Shown: positions 39,837 to 56,297, counted from the stretch's first letter. The stretch is DNA of 64,000 nucleotides from Octopus vulgaris (GCA_951406725.2 OX597815.1:162130001-162194000), one strand, 5' to 3'. Numbers and translations are program-made. Notes: generated from the sequence alone by a model not told the origin.

Positions 39837-39950
<114 letters not shown>

Positions 39951-40112
39951 TTTGTAGAAATGCATAAATCCGGAGGAGAACCACACTCTAAGATGTAGAG
40001 CAGTTAATATTGTGTTTTGGGTCTGAAGATACACCATATGGCTAAATTCCTGATGAATGAGAAACCCAGGGTAACCCCATAAACCAGCTGACCCCACAAT
40101 GATATGTGTGTA

Positions 40113-40144
<32 letters not shown>

Positions 40145-40393
40145 GTCCATTCAAATAAACAATCAATTCAATATATAAATATATATATATATATAGAGAG
40201 AGAGAGGGGGAGGGAGAGGTGGGAGAGAGAGTAAATAGCTGGATAAATATACATATGCATATATACACACCCAATATGTTCACATGGTAAAAATATATGC
40301 ACACACACATGCACACACACACACACAAATATATATACATATACACATATATATATATATGTATATGTATATATATTCATATGTGTGTGAGTT

Positions 40394-40445
<52 letters not shown>

Positions 40446-41450
40446 TGTGTGTGTGTGTGCATATATCCTACCATGAAAGCATATTGGTAGGTGTACATAA
40501 ATATTTTCCCCATATCAAATATTCAATATGTCTTTTAGTATTTCATTTACACAAACACAAATACACAAACTCACATACACACATTGACACACACACATAC
40601 ACATATGCCCACTCATACACATTAACACACATTCACACACACCACACACATGCCCACACATACACACATGCCTACACATACACATTCACACACATTCACA
40701 CATACACACACATACACACACACGCACACAATTAGAAACAGAAAGTAAAAAATAACAAGAAATGTACATTAATTTCGAAATGTAAATATCATAGTGAAAC
40801 TAAAAGTTATCTATAATAATATCGATTTCGAAAGGGACAGTAGTAACTCAATACCACAAGGCACATGATAATATTGATTCAAAACATCAACATATGCCAC
40901 AAATTTTGCGGAGGTGTACTTTCAATAAAATTAACTCCAGTACTTGCCAAGTGCTTTATTTTATGAATCTAGAGAAGAATGAATGTTAAATCTGACCTAG
41001 GTAGGATTTGAACTCATGATGATGGTTATGGGATGTAAGTAAATACTTCAAAGCATACAGCAGTATTGATAACACTATTTCATTATATTTACACTGATAT
41101 GGGTGGATAATTTCATTTCCATTTGCCTTTTAGATTGTTATCCTATCATATGTGTCAGATCTAATAGTAAATTGTACGCCCACGCAATCTTTGCACCAAA
41201 AATAGATTCTGAATGGGGAGGTAAAATAGAGTTAGATGTGAATGGAAAACAGAGTCAGACAAGTGACTGGAGATAATGTGATGCTGACAGGAATTGGAAA
41301 ATATTGGTGAATGGGAGAGTGAAAGAATAACAGAATAGGAGAATGTGAGAATGCAGTAGTGATCTGAAAGAAGAATTATTCAAAGATATCTCAATGGGAA
41401 ATAAGAAATACAGAGAAATGGTGTGGGTGTTTGTATATGTGTATGTGCAT

Positions 41451-41482
<32 letters not shown>

Positions 41483-41658
41483 AAGAGAGAGTGATTGGTG
41501 GAGGTTTATAACCAGAAGTGAACAGGGGAATATACACAAACGTGCATATACACCCACGCATTTATATATATGTATATATATATATCATTCATATATTGAT
41601 ATTCCTACCCACCCACGCACACATACACATATGTAATATATTAATATATATATATGTA

Positions 41659-41705
<47 letters not shown>

Positions 41706-42031
41706 GTGTAGGTATATATATATAATATACATTTATATATATATATGTACGTATGTATGTATGTATGTATACATAAATATATATGTATATGCTAGTGTGT
41801 GTGTGTATGTATATATATATATATAAATAAATAAATATGTATATATATATATAAACACATTATATATATAATGTGCAGGAGTGACTGTGTGATGAGTAGC
41901 TTGCTTACCAATCATATGGTTCCAGGTTCAGTTCTACTGCGTGGCACCTTGGGCATGTGTCTTCTACTATAGCCTCAGGCCAACCAAAGCCTTGTGAGTG
42001 GATTTGGTAGACGGAAACTGAAAGAAACCTG

Positions 42032-42074
<43 letters not shown>

Positions 42075-42351
42075 TTTGTGTGTATGTGCATGTGTGTGTG
42101 TGTGTTTGTGTGTTTTGTGTGTGTGTGTTTGTTCCCTGCCAGCATCACTTGACAACTGATGCTGGTGTTCCCTGTAATGTAGCAGTTTGGCAAAACAGAA
42201 CAATGAAATAAATACTAGGCTTACAAAGAATATGTCCTGGGGTCAATTTGCTCAACTAAAGGCTATGCCCCAGCATGGCCACGGTCAAGTGACTGAAACA
42301 AATAAAAGAATAAAAGAATATATGATATATATGATATATATACATATATAT

Positions 42352-42659
42352 AGGCGTACTCTGTCGGTTACGATAATGAGGGTCCCAGCTGATACAGTCA
42401 ACGGAACAGTTTACTCACAAAATTAATGTGCAAGTGGCTGAGCATTCCACAGGCACGTGTACTCTCAATGTAGTTCTCAGGGAGATTCAGCATGCCACAG
42501 AATGTGAAGGCCGGCCCTTTGAAATACAGGTACTACTCATTTTTGCCAGCTGAGTGGACTTAGAGCAATGGGAAATAATGTGTCTTGCTCAAGGACACAA
42601 TGCGTTGCCAGGAATTGAACTCACGATCATGAGCTGAATGCCCTAACCATTGAGCCATG

Positions 42660-42667
<8 letters not shown>
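42352..42667 (-). mobile_element. tRNA-derived SINE, family 3 (CORE-like central domain)
   Basis: Reverse complement GTGAGGTGCATGGCTCAATGGTTAGGGC..GAGTTCAATTCC..TGTGTCCTTGAGCAAGACAC..GTCCACTCAGCTG; fragment also at about 10870-11015. Confidence 0.8.
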
Positions 42668-42702
<35 letters not shown>

Positions 42703-42737
42703 CATACATATATACATATATATATAAATATATATAC

Positions 42738-42780
<43 letters not shown>

Positions 42781-42985
42781 CACACATACATATATATACA
42801 TTTACACATATATATATACACAAACACATATATACATATATATAGATACATATATATGTACATATATATATATATATACACAAACACATATATACATATA
42901 TATAGATACATATATATGTACATATATATATACACAAACACATATATACATATATATATATATACATATATATGTATCTATATAT

Positions 42986-43021
<36 letters not shown>

Positions 43022-43090
43022 ACATACATACATGCATATACATATATATTATATATAAATACATTATATAAATATATATATATATATATC

Positions 43091-43257
43091 ATATTATCAA
43101 TAATAATAAGGGTAAAATTAATTAATTAGTAATTAATAATTTTACCAAGCAGTGTTCAGTATGTAAAAGGAAATGGTCCTTTTACATACTGAACACTGCT
43201 TGGTAAAATTATTAATTACTAATTAATTAATTTTACCCTTATTATTATTGACAATAT
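43091..43257. repeat. 81-bp-arm near-perfect palindrome at the end of a probable Penelope-derived element (to about 43725)
   Basis: 43091-43171 pairs with 43177-43257, one mismatch, spacer AATGG. Confidence 0.92.
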
Positions 43258-44097
43258 AATTCTCTCCTTGATAATAAACTACAGATCCTTCTGTAAGAAT
43301 TTGTTGCTCTATAACTCACGTGGGTGGACAGGGGAGGATGCAAAGCCTCATTCATACATTTTGAATTCGTTAGTACTGGAGGTCGAAGGTGGTTCGTCTG
43401 GGGTTACTCAAATCAGACGGGTACGTTCGATTTTTAGTGCTCTCAAATTTAAGTTTAACGAAATCTTGGGTTGATGACAGGAATGTTGGAATAGGTATGT
43501 ATTTATAGCATCTCTATATCTAACTAACCCAGAAACGCGTTCTCAAGAAATCGATTTACGAGTGATCTTTCGTTATTTTTCCCTCTATGCCTACGTGAAT
43601 TGTTTTTGCGTATACATTGTCTGGGAGACTTCTTTAGTAGGAGAAATAGCTAAATTCTTTGGCTGCTATTTCTAAAAGTTCGGTATGTGGTAAAGTAAAA
43701 TTTTTTTTGCTGAACCCTAATTATATATATCACATTAAATATATATATATATAAATACATACATATACATACATACATACATACATACATACATACATAC
43801 ATACATACATACATACATACATACACACATACATACATACATACATACATACATACATACATACATACATACATACATACATACATACATACATGCATGC
43901 ATACATATATACATACATATTTCATGTTACACTGAAAAGCAGTGCACAGTACCAGAATTTTGAACTTGAGTCAAATGTAAGAAACTACTCTAAATCATTG
44001 TTAGAGTATCCATGTAAGTGGAGTTTGGACCAGCTAGTCATATAAGTTGTAATAATAAAGTCAAACCAAATTGTTGTTGTTGTTATTATTATTATTC

Positions 44098-45497
<1,400 letters not shown>

Positions 45498-45506
45498 TCA
45501 TCATCA

Positions 45507-45561
<55 letters not shown>

Positions 45562-45577
45562 GATTATTATTATTATT

Positions 45578-45610
<33 letters not shown>

Positions 45611-45704
45611 GTTTAACGTCCGCTTTCCATGCTAGCATGGGTTGTATTATTATTATTATCATTATTATTATTATCATTATCATTATCATAAGGGGTGGTG
45701 AAAA

Positions 45705-46860
45705 AAACTATCTTTGAAAGGTCAGGTAGAGATGGTAAATGCATATATTGCCTCCATTAAACATTATCACTTGACCATTGTGCCTTGCCCAAGTTTACAG
45801 TTTATGTCTGACCAAATTGGAGCACAAATACTTCTGCTCTCTGAGAAAGGGACACACTCTACTAGTCAGGCAGTGCATTTGTTGTCAACACCTGCTGAAT
45901 GGAGGACTGGGCATGGTGTGTCTGATGATGCACAGATATGCACTGAGGCTACAACATGTCCAGCACTTTCTTGATGATGAGCAGGTGTGTTGCTGCTTGT
46001 CAGATTTGCTTTTCCACAACTCATTTCTTTGAGTGAGCTGCAGTCCTGGGACAAGTATAGTGCAAGGAAGGATGCTTGGTACCTAGACTGTTGTCTGACA
46101 CTCACAATCCTCCATCAGTTGAGTAGTGTGATTGGTGGAAGTTCTACTTTAGCGTTCTATAGAGGATTAGTGGCAGGCAAGTGCAATGACATTCTTGGGA
46201 AGACTAGGCAGGTTTGTTCTAGAGGATTTTGGGGGTTAGGGCCCATGGATAATTTCTAGAAATCCTTGGCCTGACGGTGCTACCAAGAGGCATTACCAGC
46301 TGGGGATAAACTCTACAGGAATGGTTGTCTGAGTTAAGCTTGTCTGAGATGTGCACAAGCAACAAAACTGTTCTGCATATTCTCATCCAGTGCCAAAGCA
46401 TTGCTGACTTATAGGTTTATGTTGAAAACCTGCTGTCACAGTGCAGAACAGATTTGTTTATTATTGTGAAGATTGTCCTGCCTCCTTCTTTTGATCAGGA
46501 AGGGCAGGCATTGTTTATTTGTCTGGTAGCCTTAGCGAAAGAGGTTGTGTAGTGGACCATATTGGAAGAGCTGAAGACATACTTTCCTCTTTGGCCAAAG
46601 CCTTCATCAATTTTTTTAAGTTTCACTTGAAAAGGTAAGTGAGTATAGAAAAATGTTGCCTCCCAGCAATTTTGTTAAAAGCTGGGTGAATGTGGCAAGA
46701 ATGGTCCAAGTGTACAGGCCTACTCTAAGCATGTGCCTGAAAACTGAAAGAAAATGATGCAGAGAGGCTATTTGTCTAAGTGGTCAAAGTGATCATGGTT
46801 TTGTGGGGTTTCCATGAGCAGTCCTCATAAGCCCCCCTCTTTTGGGGAATTATTCATTGT
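45705..46860 (+). mobile_element. Old Tx1/L1-clade LINE ORF2 C-terminal remnant
   Basis: LTKLEHKYF..LVRQCICCQHLLNGGLGM..ALRLQH; later TVLHILIQC knuckle remnant and similarity to the 6.8-8.0 kb elements (TTTCACTTGAAAAGG, TGGGTGAATGTGGCAAG). Confidence 0.7.
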
Positions 46861-47029
46861 TAGAATTTAATATTATCACTGTTTTTCTACTGGATCGACT
46901 GAAGGTTCAGTTAAACTGTATAGTGTCTGGTTTGGCCCCAACCTTCAAGTAGGCTGAAACTGGAATAAGGTAACAAGTGGAGTAGCCGAATTTACCCTGA
47001 AACAGGCCAAGAGAAAACTATCTCCGAAA

Positions 47030-48060
47030 AATTATGCAGAGATGGCAAATGCATCTATTGTTTCTATAATCAGTCACTATCAAACTTGTGCATTTCCCCA
47101 ATAACTGTATGAATAAACTGGGACAGCTACTTTTCGGCTTCTTATGGAAAGGACATGTTCTACTGATCAGACAGTTCATGTACTGCCTGCACCCTCTACA
47201 TAGCAAGTTACACATGCCCTGGTTGCTGATGCTCAAACATGCACTAAAGCTGAGTCACCTACAAGGATTCTTGGAAAATGTGTGGTTGCAGTTTGTGAGG
47301 CACAGCACATCTTTCTACAGCTTGTTTCCTTCAAAAAGCTGCATACCTGGGTCAAATGAAGATAAAGATTGGGCAATTGGTATCCAGAATGTCATCTGAC
47401 ACTCACTGCCCTCAACCAATCAGGCAATGGGACCAGTAAAATGTTCCACTTAAGCATTTTATAAAGGATTAGTGACAGGAAAAAAGTAATGACATTCTCT
47501 CAAAGAAAATCTGGGTATTGATGAAAGCAAATAGGCTAATTTGTTCAAGAAGAATTTCAGATCAAGCACTATCATGGGTAAATTCCAAGAGTGCTTGTTT
47601 TGGCAGTACTACTAAGAGGTGCCACTGATTTAAGATGAATTCTACAGACGTGAAAGAGTACTCAGAAAGCCTTGTCTCAAATGCACTCAGTGACAAAACC
47701 ATTCTGCACACACTCATTCACTGTCCAAGTATTGCTGATTTGTAAAGCTATGTCAATAGATGCTGTCACATGTAGGGCTGATCTGCTTATCAACTGAGTC
47801 CACTGTGATGAATACCCTGCTGCCCTCTTTTAACCAGAGAAAGAAGGTACTTTTCCCCAGTCACATGCCTTTAGCAACAGCGGTTGACAAAGTTGAAGAT
47901 AGACACTCTCCTTTCTTGGCAGATCTCTAATTGACATTTCCAAGTTACATTTGAAAAAGAAGTTGAGGGTGGAGAAGGAAGTGCAGTCCTGAAGCGAATT
48001 TATAGGTAAGAGTGGTGGAAACAGCAAGAGTGGACAGGACTACTTTGAGTGTAAGCCTAT
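47030..48060 (+). mobile_element. Second old Tx1/L1-clade remnant covering about the same ORF2 segment
   Basis: NKLGQLLFGFLWKGHVLLIRQ..LHMPWLLMLKHALKLSHLQGFL; KTILHTLIHCPS; KLHLKKKLRVEK. Confidence 0.65.
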
Positions 48061-48776
48061 AGGTCAGAGAACAACAAATGTAGAGAACACTTGCGCCTAA
48101 TATTCTGAGATAATCTTGAATTTGTGACATTTCTTGGTTGACCATCGATGGAGGTTCTCCTGAATCAGAAGGTATGCATCATCATCATCATCATCGTCAT
48201 CATCATCATCAGCAGCAGCAACAGTAGCATCTTTGTCGTCGTCATCTTCGCTGTCTTCATCTTCATCATCATCGTCATCGTCATCATCATCCTTCATCAT
48301 TTGTATATCATGTTGAACAAATCAACCCCAGGACTTATTCTTTGTAAGCCTTGTACTAATTCTATTGGTCTCTTTTGCTGAACTGTTAAGTTATGGGGAC
48401 ATAGACATACCAACATTGGTTGTCAAGCAATGGTGGGGAGACAAACACAGACACAAAGACACAAACATAAATATATACATATATAAATAATTACATATAC
48501 GAGGGGTTTCTTTCAGTTTCCATCTATCAAATTCACTCACAAGGCTTTGGTTGGCCTGAGGCTATAATGGAAAGACACTTACCCAAGGTGCCACATAGTG
48601 GGACTGAACCCAGAACCATGTGGTTGGGAAGCAAGCTTCTTACCACACAGCCACACCTAAACCTATGGTTTTTGTTTTTTCTTCCAATGGCACTACTATA
48701 GCCTCAGGCCACCAAAGCCTTGTGAGTGGATTTGGTAGATGGAAACTGAAAGAAGCCCATCGTATATATGTGTGTG

Positions 48777-48812
<36 letters not shown>

Positions 48813-49087
48813 TGTTGTGTGTGTGCATCCCCCAACATCACTTGACAACCGATGCTGGTGTTTTTACATCTCTGTAACTTAGCGGTTCAGCAAAAGAGAC
48901 CCATAGAATAAGTACTAGGCTTACAAAGAATAAGTCCTCGGGTCAATTTGCTTGACGAAAGGAGGTGCTCCAGCATGGCCACAGTCAAAATGACTGAAAC
49001 AAGTAAAAGAGTAACGAGAGAGAGTATACTTCAAGTTCCTCTTTATAATTGTCTCACTCATCTGTTAGGCTGGTGGCAAATAAAAGA

Positions 49088-49203
49088 TCATCACTATCAT
49101 TATCATCATTATCATCATCTTCATCATCATCATCATCATCATCATCTTCTTCTTCTTCATCTTCTTCATCATCATCATCATCATCATCTTCTTCATCTTC
49201 GTC

Positions 49204-49245
<42 letters not shown>

Positions 49246-49263
49246 TTCTTCTTCATCTTCTTC

Positions 49264-49311
<48 letters not shown>

Positions 49312-49437
49312 TTCATTCTTCTTCATATTCATCATCATCATCATCATCATCTTCTTCTTCTTCGTCATCAACATCATCATTATCATCATCATCTTCTTCT
49401 TCATCATCAACATCATCATCATCATCATCATCATCAC
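49088..49437. repeat. Compound (CAT)n/(CTT)n trinucleotide repeat
   Basis: Direct reading; source of poly-D/E, poly-H and poly-S ORFs. Confidence 0.95.
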
Positions 49438-49789
49438 ATGGGGTGGGGTGCAATATGAAAGGTGTGGGCCAACAATCCTGCCAAGGTCGACTTAGCCTTC
49501 TATTCTTCCTGGATAACGAGGGTGGAGTTGATAAGTAACAGGGTAAACCGCAATAGATTAAGAACCTCACACTTCAACCCTTCCCTCATTTAAAAAAAAA
49601 ATATATATATATAACAAGGCATTGTGTAACTGTTACAAACGCCACACAACTACTGACACCATTATCGATGCTGTTGCTGCTACAGACCTACTTTTACATT
49701 GCTGTTTACACAATTGCTTGCAAACTTTCTTTTTCCTGCTTCTTTTCCTATCCCCTATAACTGCTATAACTTTTTCTCATACATATACA

Positions 49790-50192
49790 AGCATGCGTGG
49801 CTGTGTGGTAAGTAGCTTGCTAACCAAACACACGGTTCCGGGTTCAATCCCACTGCGTGGCATCTTGGGCAAGTGTCTCCTGCTATAGCCCCGGGCCGAC
49901 CAATGCCTTGTGAGTGGATTTGGTAGACGGAAACTGAAAGAAGCCTGTCGTATATATGTATATATATATATGTATGTGTGTGTGTGTGTTTGTGTGTCTG
50001 TGTTTGTCCCCCTAGCATTGCTTGACAACCGATGCTGGTGTGTTTACGTCCCCGTCACTTAGCGGTTCGGCAAAAGAGACCGATAGAATACGTACTGGGC
50101 TTACAAAGAATAAGTCCCGGGGTCGATTTGCTCGACTAAAGGCGGTGCTCCAGCATGGCCGCAGTCAAATGACTGAAACAAGTAAAAGAGTA
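49790..50192 (+). mobile_element. tRNA-derived SINE, family 1, CpG-intact
   Basis: Complete copy; inverted relatives at 50240-50348, 50530-50693 and 53020-53398. Confidence 0.92.
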
Positions 50193-50733
50193 GAGTATAT
50201 ATATATATATATATATACACACACATATATATTTATATACTCTTTATTCCTTTACTTGTTTCAGTCATTTGGACTGTGGCCATGCCGGAGCGCCCGCCTT
50301 TAGTCGAGCAAAACGACACAAGGACTTATTCTTTGTAAACCTAGTACTTGTGGTTTGTCGCACAGCGAATGATCCACAATCTGAGTCCTCAACTTGTTCG
50401 ATTTGCTAAAAGGTTTGCAAGACACCAGCAAGCCTATAGAACATGATTAATGCTTTATTTTAGTGAACCCTCATTCATCATTCATGACAAGAATCAATCA
50501 TCATCACTTATATATATATATATACATATATGACAGGCTTCTTTCAGTTTCCGTGTGTCAAATACACTCACAAGGCTTTGGTTGGCCCAAGGCTATAGCA
50601 GAAGACACTTGCCCAAAGTGCCACACAGTGGGACTGAACCTGGAACCATGTGGTTGGGAAGCAAGCTTCTTATCACACACCCACTCCTGCACCTATATAT
50701 ATATATATCAAGTTAATCCAAACAAGAAAACAC

Positions 50734-50845
<112 letters not shown>

Positions 50846-51034
50846 ATGTTTGTATATATGTATATGTGTGTATGTATGGATGTATGTATGTATGTATTAA
50901 TATATATCGGAGCAACCTCGACCGGATGATGATGTACTAATATATATATATAAATACACACACACACATACGCACATACACACGCACACATACATATGTA
51001 AGTACAACGCATTTATAAGTGTTGTTGTTTTGTC

Positions 51035-51320
51035 TCGCCAGAGGCACACATACTGCTGTGACGTCAGAGTGACGCCAGTTTATAATGACATCAGGTCGTA
51101 TTCTTTACACTTCGACGAAAGTACGTCAGTAGAATCGTGTGGTTTGTTTATCACGGTAGATGGGCTGCACTGTACGAGATACGACGAGTGGTTAGGTAGT
51201 AAGTAAATAAGGGGGTAGTCGTAGAGGTAGCTTCTGAAATGAGGGGAGAAGCGAGTTGAGTGAGAGATGAGAGCGGATTAAAGCTTGACCATAATGACTA
51301 CGACGACGACGACGATAGAG
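51035..51320. promoter_or_regulatory. Candidate promoter/enhancer: CpG-rich unique DNA with CRE/ATF cluster
   Basis: TGACGTCA 51059-51066, TGACGCCA 51070-51077, TGACATCA 51086-51093, TACGTCA 51122-51128; located at the CpG transition. Confidence 0.5.
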
Positions 51321-51472
51321 ATTTCCTAATATATATATTTTATCAGATTACTGAAATCAATGTTTGTTAATAATTCCCCTCCGTCTCTCTCTCTCTCTTT
51401 CGTTCATACACAAATACCGTGCGATGTATACACACATATTTACATATATACACGCACGTGTGTGTATGTATG

Positions 51473-51649
<177 letters not shown>

Positions 51650-51666
51650 GTGTGTGTGTATATATG

Positions 51667-51706
<40 letters not shown>

Positions 51707-52043
51707 TGGCTTCCTTTTTATGTCGAGGTTATACTAAAAACGATGTTGCATTTAAACTGAAGGACTTACTTGATATTTTTTTGAAAAGTACATATTTATT
51801 ATCCTTTAACAAGAATAGTGTTGATAGACTTCGAAGTTTCGGCCAACTTACCTGTCATCGGACTGCACACACACATAATGTGTACATATATATTATAAAA
51901 ACGTGCATGATACAATTGTGTGTTAACTACAGCATTAGAGCCGTTTAGCTCTTATTTCTAGCAATGTAGGTGTTTCCTAACACCCTAGTTGCATTTAGTG
52001 ACATTTGTAATTCTCCACTTTGGTGAAACTTTGCGAACTGCTG

Positions 52044-52163
<120 letters not shown>

Positions 52164-52484
52164 CACACACACATACACATACATTTATACAAAAACATAC
52201 GCAAGTAAATAAATAGATAAATCAATAAAAATGAATATTTATAAATATGCATTTATTATTCATTTAATTTTTATTTATTTATTTGTTTACTTAATTTGTT
52301 TATTCTGATTACTTATACATATACATTACTTAGGCGCAGGAGTGCTGTGTGGTAAGTAGCTTGTTTCCCGACCACATGGTTCCGGGTTCAGTCCCACTGC
52401 GTGGCACCTGGGGCAAGTGTCTTCTACTATAGATAGCCTCGGGCCGAGGATTTGGTAGACGGAAACTGAAAAAAGCCCGTCGTA

Positions 52485-52563
<79 letters not shown>

Positions 52564-53761
52564 TTGTGTTTGTCCCCCTAGCAGTGCTCGACAACCGATG
52601 CTGGTGTGTTTATGTCCCCGTTACCTAGCGATTCGGCAAAAGAGACCGATAGAAAATGGATATCTTTCAATGAAATTTCATATAAATACCTTACAAACGA
52701 TATAGATTACGATTATAGATATTTGTGGCGAAAATTTTTTTCGAAAGGGTGGGGAGAGGATTTTGGGAAAATTCACACGATCCCCCATTTTTTTCTTCAT
52801 AACTTTCAGGAAAATGGGTACCTTTTAATAAAAGTCTATACAAATACCTTTCAAACGCTATAGATTAAGATTATAAAGAAATTTGTGAGGAAATTTTTTT
52901 TTTCCGGGAAGAGTTTCCGATCAGGAAGACTACATAAGTTGGAATTTCTCCGTTTTGACAGGAAATTTTTCAATTGTTTTGAAATGATGCGAAGTATCTT
53001 TTTAGGAAAAAACGGTTTTCTCTTTTACTCGTTTCAATCATTTGACTGCGGCCATGCTGGAGCACCGCCTTTAGTCGAGCAAATCGACCCCGGGACTTAT
53101 TCTTTTTAAGCCCAGTACTTATTCTATCGGTCTCTTTCGCCGAACTGCTAAGTAACGGGGACGTAAACACACCAGCATCGGTTGTCAAGCAATGCTAGGG
53201 GGACAAACACATACACACACATATATATATACATATATACGACAGGCTTCTTTCAGTTTCCGTCTACCAAATCCACTCACAAGGCATTGGTCGGCCCGGA
53301 GCTATAGTAGAAGACACTTGCCCAAGATGCCACGCAGTGGGACTGAACCCGGAACCATGTGGTTGGTTAACAAGCTACTTACCACACAGCCACTCCTGAC
53401 GCCCCTCCATCCTTAATAATAATAACAATGGACTACACGCGTGTTTCACTGGTGGGATATAAACATCAACAAAAAATGGTGACTTAAATTTTTACCCCCC
53501 ACCTTAATAAAGCGAGGTCGTGTGCATGTAAGAAAAAAACATTTTCTAAGAGAAAAGTTTGCAATGAAAATGAATTATCTTTTACATGCTTATTTCTTTT
53601 TTAAATCACTCTCGATGAATGTCAGAAATGACCTCAGGCAGTGTCCCGGGAACAAAATTTTCTTGGGGGTGTGCAAACTCAGTTCCAAAATTTGGCACTA
53701 CTGTAGAAGTGTGGATCCGAGTTCTGGGAGTGTGCATGTCACAAATTTGCGCATTAGTCGT

Positions 53762-54197
53762 AAGTAGTCGATTTTAGCACACAGGTAAACAACGAGACGT
53801 GCGCTACTTGCTGTAAATGGAGGGTGGGTTATCCATGTAATACAAGAAGAAAATTGCAGATAAATTGAATAAAAACATGAAAAATTACAAAATGATATTT
53901 CATTGAAAAGTAAACCATTCTGAAAAATAGTTCAGAATGTTTTCAAAACATTCATCTCCAGCTTTTCCCATATTTTATTAAGGGTTAGGGTTTAGGGTTT
54001 AGGGTTAGGTTGAGGGTTAGGGGAGATGAATGTTTTTTTGGGTTTTTTTCCAGTATTCAATGATTATTTTTCACTTTTATATTTATTTTATCTACAATTT
54101 TCTTTCTTTATTACATGGTTAACTCCGCTCCATTTACAGCAAGTAGCGCACATCCGCGTATCTCGTCGTTTGCCTGGTGAGCTAAAATCGACTACTT
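53762..54197. mobile_element. MITE with long TIRs and central (TTAGGG)-like array
   Basis: AAGTAGTCGATTTTAGC..GTGCGCTACTTGCTGTAAATGGAG mirrored at the right end; GGGTTAGGGTTTAGGG.. at about 53981-54022. Confidence 0.8.
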
Positions 54198-54908
54198 GTA
54201 GGATCGACTAGTCACGACTAGCTAGCGCGGATGTGCGAGTACGCGAGTGCGCGTACCAGGACCACTCTTCTTAAACAATAGGTGATGGGGAGGGAGTTAA
54301 GAAAATGAACTTATGTGGTCTTCCTCATCCGACATTTTTTTATTTCGAAACTCCTCTCTCCACCCCATAGGAAAATTTTTTTCCTCACAAATTTCTTTAT
54401 AATCGTAATCGATGCCGTTTGAAAGGTATTTGTATAAATTTTCATTGAAAGATACCCATTTTCCTGAAAGTTATGAGGGACAAAATCGAATCGTGTGAAT
54501 TTTTCGAAAGTCCTCCCCCACCGCAAATTCGTTAGCGCAAATTCTGATTTTCACATTCGTTTACTACACATTTTTTTTTTTTTTGACACCTATTACCCTT
54601 TATTGATATTTGTTTCGGTGGCTGGTTGTTAAGCTAGATATCAACCACACTGCGTGGCACCTTGGGTGTGTATGCCTTCTACTATAGCCTGAGGCCGACC
54701 AAAGATTCGGTAGATGGAAATTGAAATTCCGTCTGTGTGTGTGTGTGTGTGTGGTTGCGTTTGTCCCTCACTATTGCTTGACAACTGGTATTGTTTTATT
54801 TAATTACCCGTAACTTAGTGGTACGGTAAATAGACTGACAGAATAAGTACCAGGCTTTAAAAACAAATTATGCACTGGGGTAGATTCGTTCGATTAAAAA
54901 AAAAATAA

Positions 54909-55322
54909 GGCGATCTTTCGTCTCTAGTAGACCTTTCCGTCGATTTCCGTAAAAATTTTTTTTTTTTTTACATATGGGCTTGCGGGAACTTTTGAAGTAA
55001 TATACATACATATACACATACACCGAGTAAAAAATTTCAATTATCTCTGTCTCTTCACACACACTAACAGGAGCACTTCACTTACACAACATACTGTCTG
55101 TCTCCCACACCCCATCAAACACACACACACACGCACACACACACATGTACATCAATGCTTCCCCTGGACGGTAACTTCAAAAGAACTTCCCTCGTCATAA
55201 AATCGCTTTCTCTTAGTCTCTTTCGCTCTCATTACTTCAAAAGTTCCCGCAAGCCCATATGTAAAAAAAAAAATTTTTTTACGGAAATCGACGGAAAGGT
55301 CTACTAGAGACGAAAGATTGCC
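54909..55322. mobile_element. MULE-like MITE (about 90-bp TIRs), inserted in a family-1 SINE
   Basis: GGCGATCTTTCGTCTCTAGTAGACC..GAAGTAAT mirrored; TSD AAAAATAA. Confidence 0.85.
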
Positions 55323-56013
55323 AAAAATAACTTCAAGGCGGTGCCTCGGCATGGCCGCAGTCCAATGGCTAAAACAAAAGGCAAAAGATAAAAGATGTAT
55401 ATCTATAACTATCAATAGTGCAAACGTAAGAGAAGTTTTGTCGGCTATTTTTAACGTGAAATAACCGCCTAGAGGTTCCTTTGTGTGTCCATGTGTCTAC
55501 GTCTTATCTGAATGTGAATGCCTTCTTATCTCTGCAAGCACAATATGGAAATAACTATATATAATGTAATGAAAATGTTTCTGTAGATCTACGAAAAAAT
55601 ATTATGACAATTTAACGAAGTATTGCAACATACAGAGCCATGCAGAGAAATATTTCCCCTTATAAATATTTAACTACATTTTAAAATGTATTACGACATA
55701 CAAAGAAATACTTCTTCATATAGAAAATGTTAAGATATATTAGAAATATTACGACATATAGAAAAATATTACAATGTATCTTTCTATCTTTTATGTTTCA
55801 GTGACTGGACTGCGGCCATGCTAGAGCACCGCTTTGAAGAGTTTAGTTGAACAAATTGACGATACTGTTTCATTTCTTTTCTTCTTAAGCCTAGTATTTT
55901 GTCGGATTTCTTGCCGAACTACTAAGTTAGGAGGACGTAAACAAACCAACATCGTTTGTCGAAGACAAACACAATCACACACACATATATGTATAATATA
56001 TATATATATATTT

Positions 56014-56150
<137 letters not shown>

Positions 56151-56209
56151 TATACATATATATATATATATAAAAATATATATATATATATATATATATA
56201 ATATAATAT

Positions 56210-56258
<49 letters not shown>

Positions 56259-56260
56259 TA

Positions 56261-56297
<37 letters not shown>

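Noticed and set aside
41134-41220. Plus-strand exon-like segment (87 nt, CYPIICVRSNSKLYAHAIFAPKIDSEWG)
   Set aside because: Moderate donor (GTAAAA), opposite strand to the other candidates, no recognisable protein; expected by chance in 64 kb.
48948-49570. Poly-His/Ser and acidic D/E ORFs
   Set aside because: (CAT)/(CTT) repeat open in most frames; one ORF starts inside a SINE tail.
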